Source: a virus
Direction: 5' to 3' (one strand)
DNA length: 64,000 nucleotides
IMG/VR virus record: IMGVR_UViG_3300029121_000001
Shown: positions 27,945 through 36,261 of the stretch, piece by piece
Layout: each line of letters begins with the position of its first letter
Numbering within the stretch: the first letter of the stretch is position 1
Notes under the pieces: generated by a model
Told to the model about the DNA's origin: nothing
What the model saw: the letters and a program-made list of their open reading frames with translations, nothing else
The model's database searches: none
Translations under genes and position numbers: made by a program

Positions 27945-27975
27945 AAGGAAGTAGAGAGAAAATCTCTACTTCCTT
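27945..27975 (-). terminator. Intrinsic terminator after terL
   Basis: AAGGAAGTAGAGA / TCTCTACTTCCTT stem with a T run on the minus strand. Confidence 0.7.
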
Positions 27976-27983
27976 TATATATT

Positions 27984-28797
27984 TTAACTTAATCTATTAA
28001 ATATATCACTTAGATTTCCTACTAGTCTTGGATCTTTATTGTGACTAGATCCATCATCACCATACCAAATTTTATTCAGATCAGATCCAATGTCAGTATA
28101 TCCAACATCTTCTTGTTTATCTAGATAATCTTTGGGAATATGATATGCATTAGCGACAGCTTGTCTACCAACAGAACTTTTCTTAATTCTATTAAGGGCA
28201 GCTTCATCTTCATTAATCTGAGCAAGATGGAAATCTTCCATACTCATTCTCTTAGATTTACTTAGATATTCTAGCTGATCATTTACCATATGTGTAGTTG
28301 CATCAGTATCATCTGCAAATACACTAGGATCTAGTTTTTCTCCTTCTTCACCATATTCTTCTTCAAGACTATAAGAAGTTTCATCATAATGATCATCAGT
28401 ATAAATTTCAGTTTTCATAATATGGAATCTTGTAGCAAGATCTTCTCCATAATAGAAAACATATAGAGCCCATAGATAAGAGAACACCAAGTCATCATGT
28501 GCATCATCTGCATGTTCTACTTTACCATTAGGCTTAACAACCATTGTGCAAAGTTCATCATAAATATCTTTACTATTAAATTTATCTCTATGATGCTGAA
28601 CTCTTTGATGAAGTAGTTCAATAAGCTGATTACGCTTATTCTTTCCAGAAGTAGAACCATAAACTTTACATTTTTTAGGTCTACGTTTGACTGTCACACC
28701 ATCAAATTGCTCTTCATCAATACGATCTTTAATCTCATAGTATAGATTTTTCTTAATAGAAGTTTTAATAAGCATCTGCAGAACAGATGAACCGAAG
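27984..28797 (-). CDS. terL: Terminase large subunit, exon 3 of 3 (nuclease domain C-terminal part)
   Basis: 'FGSSVLQML...' continues the 'IENNG' of exon 2 and aligns ungapped to T4 gp17 'ELNSTGVSVAKSL'. 'DDAHDDLVFSYLW' matches gp17 'EGYHDDLVMSLVIFGW'. The exon start is uncertain by about 8 nt. Confidence 0.8.
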
Positions 28798-29182
28798 CCA
28801 TTTAGTTTAGATATAATCGTCTACATTATATCTCTTGGTTAATTCCAAGTCACGTCCATTACAGACAGTGATCAGATCATGTGTCCACCCTATATATCTT
28901 ATAGGGGTGTATTTTTCTTCCTTCCATTATAGACTTGAAGGTTCTACCTCTCCCGTCAGGAGATGATCGTTGAGCGTTATCCCATACGGATATTTCGCGG
29001 CTATACAAGGGCTTGTTAATTCTGACTTAGGATTTGACCATATCAGAATCCTTATAATTTCTTTCTACTTTCGTAACTATCACGCACATCTTTTCAGATC
29101 ACGTTGTAGTATATAAGGTTCTTGACCCTCTTCATAGCAATTAACACAATGAAACTTGCAAATTACTCTACAAGCTGTGACA
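28798..29182 (-). mobile_element. Group I intron (ORF-less), terL intron 2
   Basis: Stops in all frames. The minus strand carries 'AATTGCTATGAAGAGGG' (P-like) and 'GCTCAACGATCATCTCC' (R-like, 28959-28975) with a complementary ATGATC (28875-28880). The block 'GGTAGAACCTTC' is shared with terL intron 1. Boundaries are ambiguous because AATGG is repeated at both ends. Confidence 0.75.
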
Positions 29183-30389
29183 ATCGCACCATTGTTCTCG
29201 ATATTTATAATAGCATTCTTTGCATAAGTGGTTGTAAATTGATATATCATATCTGCCAATTCTGGCATTGTGATATAATTGCATTTAAATGTAGCAATAA
29301 CTTTAGTAGTTTGAGAATCAATGACTGTAATAGCAGACGAGTCTTTATGAATACCAGAAGAAACGTCAACACCAATAATGAAAGGATACATACTATTGAT
29401 AGGTACTGTATCCCAAATCTTCATTATAAATTGTCCAGCTTTACCGAATCTCAAAATACTCTTAGGTTCTTGTTTTACTTGAGCACCGATTATATCTAGA
29501 TCTTCTCTATTGAAAGGACTATTATCTGCAGTCTTAGCCCATTCTAGTAGAACCTCACGACGAATCTTAGTCCAGTCTTTCTGTAGATCCTTAACCATGC
29601 GATCAAAGTACTCAGTACCATTACCAAGCATTTGATATGTATATCTGATATGCATAAAGTTAGAATCTTTATTGGAATCAATAACTGCCTTTAATTCATC
29701 ATAACTTAGATCATAGAAACTTTCATTCCACTCAGTACCATTCAATCTAACATGATTAGCGAATTGACCTTCTCTAGTAGTCAGATCTCCAGGAGTAGTA
29801 GTAATTAGAACTCCATAAGGAGAACCATTAGCTTTAGCATTCTCGGATGCTTTAGAGAATGCAGGCATTGCGGCTGTATAAACGATATCATTATAAGGTA
29901 GAAAAGCAAACTCATCGTAATACTGTATAGCAACAGTAGCACCACGTCCTGCACCTTCTGCTAGAGCAGGAGTTCTAGCACCAGGCAGTGTAGTAATCAG
30001 ATTTCTATTAATAGGATTCTGTAATGTTTCTGCAGTATTAGGAACTCTAATTTGCTTTCCATCTCTATCTAATTGAGCTTCCATTCTCAGATATTCTGGC
30101 AATGCAGCTCTTAGATTTTTCATTGTTCTAAGGTTATTCTTAGAGTCATCATGCTTCTTATTAGCAAATATAATTCTAGTATTAGTAGCTCCAAAGTTAA
30201 ATACCCATAGATACCAACATAGAGCACTAACAGTTTTACCATGCTGTCGAGGGAATTCTACAAATTGGTTTATATTATATACGAACATATAAGCCATGGC
30301 TAGATTACCACGACTTAATTCGAATCTTTTACCAGCTCCAACAGATCCACCTTCTGTTGGAATGCGAATAATTTCTCTGCAGAAATTAA
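29183..30389 (-). CDS. terL: Terminase large subunit, exon 2 of 3 (ATPase + start of nuclease)
   Basis: Walker A 'FPRQHGKT', Walker B 'IQYYDEFAF', 'LITTTPGD' and 'IIGVDVSSG' match T4 gp17 'SRQLGKTT', 'MIYIEDCAF', 'IITTTPNG' and 'ATLDCSEG'. The frame is open upstream of the track's ATG (30297) to about 30389. The last ~35 codons of the track ORF are intron read-through. Confidence 0.85.
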
Positions 30390-30771
30390 CGTATCTACGT
30401 TATTTTTTATATTAACGCTTGTTAATCTTATGTGTTACATAAGTTCAGACTATATCTTCATCTCTTTAGAGATGTGCTATCACTTCGAGCCTCTTTTAAG
30501 GTTCTACTTCCATTTCAGGAATAGTCGTTGATCCTATACTATATTTTATATTCGCTGTGTATAGGAAGCTGATTAAACATTGTCAATAGACTTTAGGACT
30601 TATTACAATGAGAAATTGAGAATGTAATAAGCTTTTATTTCACCATGGTCCATCTCTCTACTTGTTTCTGTCTTTCGACACCTGATTGTAGGTAAGAGAG
30701 CTTTAGCCTTTCCCAGCAATTCAATAGCATTCAACACTATGTCACCATAATGAGGGGCATTTCAGTTTACC
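30390..30771 (-). mobile_element. Group I intron (ORF-less), terL intron 1
   Basis: The minus strand carries 'AATTGCTGGGAAAGGCTAAAGC' (P-like, 30698-30721), 'GATCAACGACTATTCC' (R-like, 30518-30533) and 'GAAGATATAGTCTGAAC' (S-like, 30443-30459). GACTAT/ATAGTC can pair as P7. Splicing after U 30772 and after G 30390 restores the frame. Confidence 0.8.
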
Positions 30772-30997
30772 AATAGTTAACCATGCATTCTCTTAGAATA
30801 CGCATCTTCATTGGTTGCGGAAGATTTGGATCTCTTGGGTCAACACCCATTAATCCTGCATCATATATCAAGAGAAAGAATTTATTATTCTTGATACCAC
30901 GAGCTTTAAGAAAATAATACATATTCATAAAGCTTTGATTGGTTGTAGAATCTTGATAATATACAGTAATTGGTGTTGCTGGATTAGTAACAACCAT
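30772..30997 (-). CDS. terL: Terminase large subunit, exon 1 of 3
   Basis: ORF 'MVVTNPATPITVYYQD...RECMVNY'. When spliced it reads '...MVNYFNFCREIIRIPTEGG...' into exon 2. RBS AGGAGAG. Confidence 0.75.
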
Positions 30998-31091
30998 TGT
31001 AATTACTCTCCTTTCTATATTATTAATTATAAGGTTTCAAAATTACAAAAACATTTATTTAATTTCTTAATAATATAGGAGGAATATTATT

Positions 31092-31709
31092 ATGCTTGTG
31101 AGTTTGGATAACCGTTTTAAAATTCTTGCATTGGTGGTTTTAATTGTACTATTTATTATTATCTGTATTCTTCAGTATATTTCAAAACGAGAATCTGATA
31201 AATATAAAAAGGTAATTTTAAGTCCCAATGGAGAACTATATAAATTTATAAGAGAAGAATGTGAGAATGAAGAAACTATTAGAAATGGTATCATTCTTTC
31301 TATGTCTGACTTTAGTATATTCCATGATATTGTAGATTATTATATCACAAATAAAGTAAAAGATAGGATTAAAAATGAAGGATATGGATGGCTAAATTTA
31401 GATAATAAATATATATCCATGTATGAATCTACATATCCTATTGAATTTGCTGTTTCAAAGATTAGTGGAACTACTGTAATTACTGATCTTTTATATGATA
31501 AATATATTTCTATGATCTACGATGGTATTCATTATGGGATGCAAGCAGAGCAAGAAGCAGTTCTATATTATACAAAGCATGGTGAAGATGCTGAAGGAGA
31601 TGATTTGCATCCTATTGAAAAAGCAGAATCTTCTGACAGTGAAGATAATGATCATCAAGTAGATTATGACGCATTATATCAATTTGGAACTATAGAAGAC
31701 GAAAAATAA
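31092..31709 (+). CDS. Membrane protein with N-terminal TM helix and acidic C-terminus (205 aa)
   Basis: 'FKILALVVLIVLFIIICILQYI'. GGAGG RBS. Confidence 0.55.
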   Translation: MLVSLDNRFKILALVVLIVLFIIICILQYISKRESDKYKKVILSPNGELYKFIREECENEETIRNGIILSMSDFSIFHDIVDYYITNKVKDRIKNEGYGWLNLDNKYISMYESTYPIEFAVSKISGTTVITDLLYDKYISMIYDGIHYGMQAEQEAVLYYTKHGEDAEGDDLHPIEKAESSDSEDNDHQVDYDALYQFGTIEDEK

Positions 31710-31721
31710 AAAAAAATAAAA

Positions 31722-31745
31722 CCGGATGGGCTTTCACCCATCCGG
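31722..31745. terminator. Bidirectional terminator
   Basis: CCGGATGGG / CCCATCCGG stem flanked by an A run and a T run, between convergent genes. Confidence 0.7.
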
Positions 31746-31754
31746 CCTTGTTTT

Positions 31755-32021
31755 TTATCGAACCGAATAATTGGTTTCGATTCGAAGGTCGTACCAAATG
31801 TCTACGACCTTCTCACTCTTGTTAGTGTAAGTCAGACGGAAGCCAGTCTGACTTTCTGGAATGAAGATAGACGCCTTCAAGCATCCAGCTTCGATGAGTT
31901 TCTGAAACTCATCATGGAGTCTCTCCATTTCCATTTTGGGAGGCATCGAAGCATAGCTTCTGCAAATAACCTCCTCGCTATTGTTGATGGATTTGACCAA
32001 CTTATAAACGGTTTCAATCAT
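31755..32021 (-). CDS. Hypothetical protein (88 aa) in a higher-GC, self-contained cassette
   Basis: GGAGG RBS. Visibly more GC-rich than its neighbours. It has its own leader (32022-32123) and a terminator on each side. Confidence 0.55.
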   Translation of the reverse strand: MIETVYKLVKSINNSEEVICRSYASMPPKMEMERLHDEFQKLIEAGCLKASIFIPESQTGFRLTYTNKSEKVVDIWYDLRIETNYSVR

Positions 32022-32123
32022 GATACAGTACCTCCTAATTGTACTTCCATAAATATGAATATTCTTATAAGAAGGAATATATTTATCCTTCTTATCACTT
32101 TTATACTATACAAGTGAAATATT
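32022..32123 (-). promoter_or_regulatory. Duplicated promoter/leader cassette, copy A
   Basis: The minus strand reads AATATTTCACTTGTATAGTATAAAAGTGATAAGAAGGATAAATATATTCCTTCTTATAAGAATATT...TTAGGAGGTACTgtatcATG. It is about 80% identical over ~100 nt to 50596-50700. Confidence 0.55.
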
Positions 32124-32140
32124 TAAATTGTTAAAAATAA

Positions 32141-32166
32141 ACCAGTAGAGATTTCTCTCTACTGGT
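32141..32166 (-). terminator. Intrinsic terminator
   Basis: ACCAGTAGAGA / TCTCTACTGGT stem downstream of the lysin gene. Confidence 0.65.
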
Positions 32167-32189
32167 TCTTTATTTAAACTATTCTTATA

Positions 32190-33059
32190 TTATTTATAGC
32201 AGAAATAGGTTTTATTGATTTTACAATAAACACCATTACCTTGCTTAAATAATGCCTGGAATACAACATTCTCAGGCAGAACAGATCCATTTTTCAATAA
32301 CTCCATTGCAACTTCTTTATTAGTTTCTGTAGGAGTTTTATAGGCATTTCCATCCCACATACATGCATATTGTCCTTTAGCAGTAGCAACTTGCTTAATA
32401 GTATTCTGCTTAGGAAACCAACTAGAATGTACTCTATTCAAAACAACAGAACCAACATACATTTGTTCCTGCCGAGAACAATTCTGAGACTCACCAACGA
32501 TTATCATTAGAAGATATTGATAATCTTCTTCTGTCCATCCATAGTAGCTATTTTCTTCTTCAATAGATTCAGTAGTACTAGAGGACTCTGTAGGTGATGT
32601 AGTGACAACCGATTCAGCCTGTACTTCAGGTTCTGGTTGAGTCTCAACAACTACTTCTTCTACCTGCTGTTCTTGTGCCTTTTCAGAACTAGCAACTAGT
32701 TCAGCAGCAAGATCCATTTCGTATTCTAATTCTGCATCTTCATTCATTGGAAGAATCATTTTTTCTTCTGCAGGTGAAGTAGTATTAATATTTGTAACAA
32801 CAAGCTGCTTTGACTTTGTAGCGATAGGAGTAACTACATTAGCAGTATAATGATTCATACCGATTCTCAACGGATCTAAGAAATCAGTAGGAATATTGCT
32901 TGCTGTATGTACAAGTCCAATTACAGACCAGATAAGCATAAGCCATGTTGTAAGTACAATAATTGCAAGGTTACTTGCAATCACTGCAACATTGATATGC
33001 TTCTTTCTTCTTTTAGTAGAAGGTTTCTGAACTGCGTGACGTGCTTTATAAGTATTCAT
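32190..33059 (-). CDS. Cell-wall hydrolase, SleB/CwlJ-type (Hydrolase_2-like) domain behind an N-terminal membrane anchor and acidic linker
   Basis: TM 'VAVIASNLAIIVLTTWLMLIWSVIGLV'. The C-terminal 'LLMIIVGESQNCSRQEQMYVGSVVLNRVHSSWFP...TIKQV...GQYACMWDG' matches the SleB/CwlJ signature. Confidence 0.7.
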   Translation of the reverse strand: MNTYKARHAVQKPSTKRRKKHINVAVIASNLAIIVLTTWLMLIWSVIGLVHTASNIPTDFLDPLRIGMNHYTANVVTPIATKSKQLVVTNINTTSPAEEKMILPMNEDAELEYEMDLAAELVASSEKAQEQQVEEVVVETQPEPEVQAESVVTTSPTESSSTTESIEEENSYYGWTEEDYQYLLMIIVGESQNCSRQEQMYVGSVVLNRVHSSWFPKQNTIKQVATAKGQYACMWDGNAYKTPTETNKEVAMELLKNGSVLPENVVFQALFKQGNGVYCKINKTYFCYK

Positions 33060-33155
33060 TTTAAATCTCCTTAATTCAACGAGTTTCCTACTGCGGACAC
33101 GTTGTACTTATAGACATTCCTTCCTTCTTAATTTACTTAAAATATATAAATTGCA

Positions 33156-33491
33156 TTAGTTCTTTTTAATGCAAAATATATCATCCATCATAAGAATGCT
33201 AAATCGGTTACAGCTTTTATACAAATTGTTGTGCTTAATGATGTCAATCATTTGATCAACAGTAACAACTGTTTCTACATTTTGATCAATACGTAATTGA
33301 TCAATAGCCTTCCTGTCAGAAATCAATCTTAAGAAAGATTTCTTAGTAAAATGCTTGCGGCATTTCTTGATAGTTACAAAACTGTAACTATCAGCAGGAG
33401 CAGGCCATTCATCACTATTGCACACCGTTTGTACTATACAAGATCCCTTATATAGCTGTGAATAATGCTTCTTGTAAGTTTTCTTTTTCAT
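33156..33491 (-). CDS. Hypothetical protein (111 aa)
   Basis: ORF with RBS. No motif. Confidence 0.5.
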   Translation of the reverse strand: MKKKTYKKHYSQLYKGSCIVQTVCNSDEWPAPADSYSFVTIKKCRKHFTKKSFLRLISDRKAIDQLRIDQNVETVVTVDQMIDIIKHNNLYKSCNRFSILMMDDIFCIKKN

Positions 33492-33508
33492 TTCTAATAC
33501 TTCCTTTC

Positions 33509-33853
33509 TTATAATAATCCCATTCTTCTTGCTTCTTCGACTTCGATAATAACTGAATGCGTAGGATAAGAACCTTTGTTCATAACCCAGATAATGTACT
33601 TTTTGTTAGGATCGCATGCTTTAAGGATATTGAGATCAACATGATCTACAACGCTATCATATACAACTTTAAATCTCTTGTTACAGATCTTCATTGTATT
33701 GATTGCTCGCATGATTCTTTTAGGCTTATAGCCTTTCTTTGCAGGAACTCTAGAAATGAAATTATAATGATAATCAATACAAAAACAGTTATCGACAATC
33801 TTCACATTTTCATTCAAATAATGGCCTCTGCAAAAACTTTTCATTGTAAACAT
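33509..33853 (-). CDS. Hypothetical protein (114 aa)
   Basis: ORF with AGGATG-proximal RBS. No motif. Confidence 0.5.
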   Translation of the reverse strand: MFTMKSFCRGHYLNENVKIVDNCFCIDYHYNFISRVPAKKGYKPKRIMRAINTMKICNKRFKVVYDSVVDHVDLNILKACDPNKKYIIWVMNKGSYPTHSVIIEVEEARRMGLL

Positions 33854-33953
33854 CCTTTCTGCTTAATTTTTTGACAAAAGAAATATCCATATTCTAATGT
33901 CATTTTTATAATATCTTTTTAATTTATCCATTAAATTAAAATATAAAATTTTA

Positions 33954-33996
33954 TGTAACCTGATAATAATTTAGAATAAAGCATGAAAATGCTTTA
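33954..33996 (+). promoter_or_regulatory. Promoter-plus-5'-hairpin module (variant 'GATAATAAT')
   Basis: TGTAACCTGATAATAATTTAGAAT followed by hairpin AAAGCAT-gaaa-ATGCTTT. Confidence 0.45.
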
Positions 33997-34034
33997 TTTA
34001 AATTTATATTATAAAATATAAGAAGGAGTAAATT

Positions 34035-34820
34035 ATGGCTGTTGAATTTAATGGTTCGCCCTTTCAGTATAATCCTGCAGTAACTAATGTCAATATTGAC
34101 AATCAGCTAGCAGGTATTCTGGGGCAGTTTAATGATGACTATATTCTTGATGTAGTGAATGATTCTTTAAAGAATAGATTTAATGCTTATCAATCTGCTA
34201 ATCCAAATGTTATTTCTGCATATGAAGCTACATTTAGACATCTTACAGATGGTTTCTCATCTAATACAGATGATATTTTAAATACAAGAAATAGAACTTA
34301 TACAAACATCATTAATGTTATTTGTAATTTTTATAATCTTCAGTTTAATCCTCATGATGATACTGATTATTATTCTGCTGCATATTGGCTTTATGATTTC
34401 TTTGTATCTAATTTTACTGAGCATCTTAAAACTTTTTATGCAATGTATCTTATTCAAGAAAGAAAGTCTATTAGTGAAGCCTTTAATCTTCCTCAAATGA
34501 GAAAAGATAATGATATTGTCTTTGGTTATTCTAAGAAGCTATTTAAGAATTCTACTATTGCTGCAATTCATTGTAATATTGATTATATCATTTCTCAGAT
34601 GGATTCTTTTAATATTAGTCTAGAAACTATCCTATTCACAGTATATAGAAATATTCCTAATCTATCTGCTTATGTAGCAAGTATTGTTTCTGATCCTACT
34701 GGATATTTCTTTAAGAATTATTATCAAGATTTTGTTTTAAGATCTCCTGATGCTGCTGATATGATTACTTATGTTAAGCTTGCTCTTCAGGAGATTGGTA
34801 GAGATATTGAAAATGATTAA
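34035..34820 (+). CDS. Hypothetical protein (261 aa), probably structural
   Basis: AAGGAG RBS. First gene of a plus-strand block that runs into the fibre genes. Confidence 0.6.
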   Translation: MAVEFNGSPFQYNPAVTNVNIDNQLAGILGQFNDDYILDVVNDSLKNRFNAYQSANPNVISAYEATFRHLTDGFSSNTDDILNTRNRTYTNIINVICNFYNLQFNPHDDTDYYSAAYWLYDFFVSNFTEHLKTFYAMYLIQERKSISEAFNLPQMRKDNDIVFGYSKKLFKNSTIAAIHCNIDYIISQMDSFNISLETILFTVYRNIPNLSAYVASIVSDPTGYFFKNYYQDFVLRSPDAADMITYVKLALQEIGRDIEND

Positions 34821-34839
34821 TAATAAGGAGAATATTTTT

Positions 34840-36048
34840 ATGTCTGAAAATACTATCGACAAGGCCTATGATACTCTAATTAATGCTACTCCTGATACAG
34901 CTGTAGAAGCTATTAATGAAGCAAAAGATGCTATTGATAATGCACCTACAAATGTTGTGAATTACCCTACAGAAACTACTCCTAGTAATGTAGAAAGTAA
35001 GAAAGTTATGGGAGTATATGATCCCAAGACCGGTAATATTACTCCTACAGAAGATGAAGTAGATGAAGAAACTCAGCAGAAAGTAATTGAAGCTCTAAGT
35101 AATGCTTTCGTAGATCCTGGAGAAAAAGCTATTACTGATCTTGATGCAGATATCAAGAAGTTTTTGAATAATAAGTTTAAAGCCTCTAGTAGTGATACAG
35201 ATAAGGTTGCTAAGCTTGTAGCCCATCGAATTTTGAATGATAGTGTAGATTATTATTCTGAGATGCCTACTATGATGCAGCAATCTGTTAATAAGATTAT
35301 GCTAGATGCAAATACTGAGAATGTGCCTAAGAATATGATTAAGCACAGAAATCAGGTTGCTAAGATGATTATTGATGAGCTTGTTGAAGAATATAACGCT
35401 TCTACTTCTAAGGCTGTTGATCTTGATACAGTTCTTGCAAGTTATGATAAAGAAATTGATAATATCAATAAAGAGATGGGAACTGAGATTGGCAACATGA
35501 TGCTCGGTTTTGATATCGAACGTAAAAAGCAGATTGATATTGCAATTGAAGCTTCTAAGAAAGCTGGAAATACAGCAAATGTAGAGAAGCTTGAAACAAT
35601 TAAAGCAAACATCGATAAAGCTTTTGACCTTACCGATTTTAAAGAATACTGTAAGCATTGTAGAATTAAGCCTATTGAAATTAAGAAGCCTAGTAGAGTC
35701 TTCGATAATTTCAATTTCAAGTATGAGCATAATGATATTGTGATTAATGATATTAGAGCTTGTCCTGATATCATTATTCGCCATATGAATGAATATACTA
35801 GAGATCAGGCAATGTCTGTTTGCCTTGCATTCTGTAAATATTGTGCAAACATGAATGCTAATGATATTGCAGATCATACCTTCATGTATTATTTCATTCG
35901 TAATATTATCGTCATTGATCGTATTAATCCTAGAGGCAAAGGATACGCTACTATCACTGGAAAAGATAAAGAATTCTACGATACTTTTGTTGCAAATATT
36001 CGTGAATGTATTAACAATCTACTTGAAAGAAATGTAACATTAAAATAA
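34840..36048 (+). CDS. Hypothetical protein (402 aa from ATG 34840)
   Basis: TAAGGAG RBS before ATG 34840. The track's upstream start overlaps the previous gene. Confidence 0.6.
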   Translation: MSENTIDKAYDTLINATPDTAVEAINEAKDAIDNAPTNVVNYPTETTPSNVESKKVMGVYDPKTGNITPTEDEVDEETQQKVIEALSNAFVDPGEKAITDLDADIKKFLNNKFKASSSDTDKVAKLVAHRILNDSVDYYSEMPTMMQQSVNKIMLDANTENVPKNMIKHRNQVAKMIIDELVEEYNASTSKAVDLDTVLASYDKEIDNINKEMGTEIGNMMLGFDIERKKQIDIAIEASKKAGNTANVEKLETIKANIDKAFDLTDFKEYCKHCRIKPIEIKKPSRVFDNFNFKYEHNDIVINDIRACPDIIIRHMNEYTRDQAMSVCLAFCKYCANMNANDIADHTFMYYFIRNIIVIDRINPRGKGYATITGKDKEFYDTFVANIRECINNLLERNVTLK

Positions 36049-36185
36049 TAGCTGACCGAAATACACAGTTTCTTTCGCCATGAGAAGTTGTACCTCCAAA
36101 AATCTATTTCTCTCAGCTAGTGGGTTTTGTTGGGTTGTAGTCGTTCGTTTTCATCGTTTGTTTACTCCTTTTAAAAATGATGCAG

Positions 36186-36215
36186 TGCCGATAGGATTGC
36201 AGGTTCCTATCGGCA
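36186..36215 (+). terminator. Intrinsic terminator-like hairpin
   Basis: TGCCGATAGGA / TCCTATCGGCA stem. Confidence 0.6.
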
Positions 36216-36261
36216 TTTGCACGTAAACTTTATAATAATTATTTAAAGAAAGGATTGGTTG

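Noticed and set aside
29080-29187. The Cys-rich tail 'CRVICKFHCVNCYEEG...' at the end of ORF 29080..30297 looks like a zinc finger.
   Set aside because: It is read-through into terL intron 2. The TerL alignment continues in exon 3 ('FGSSVLQML').
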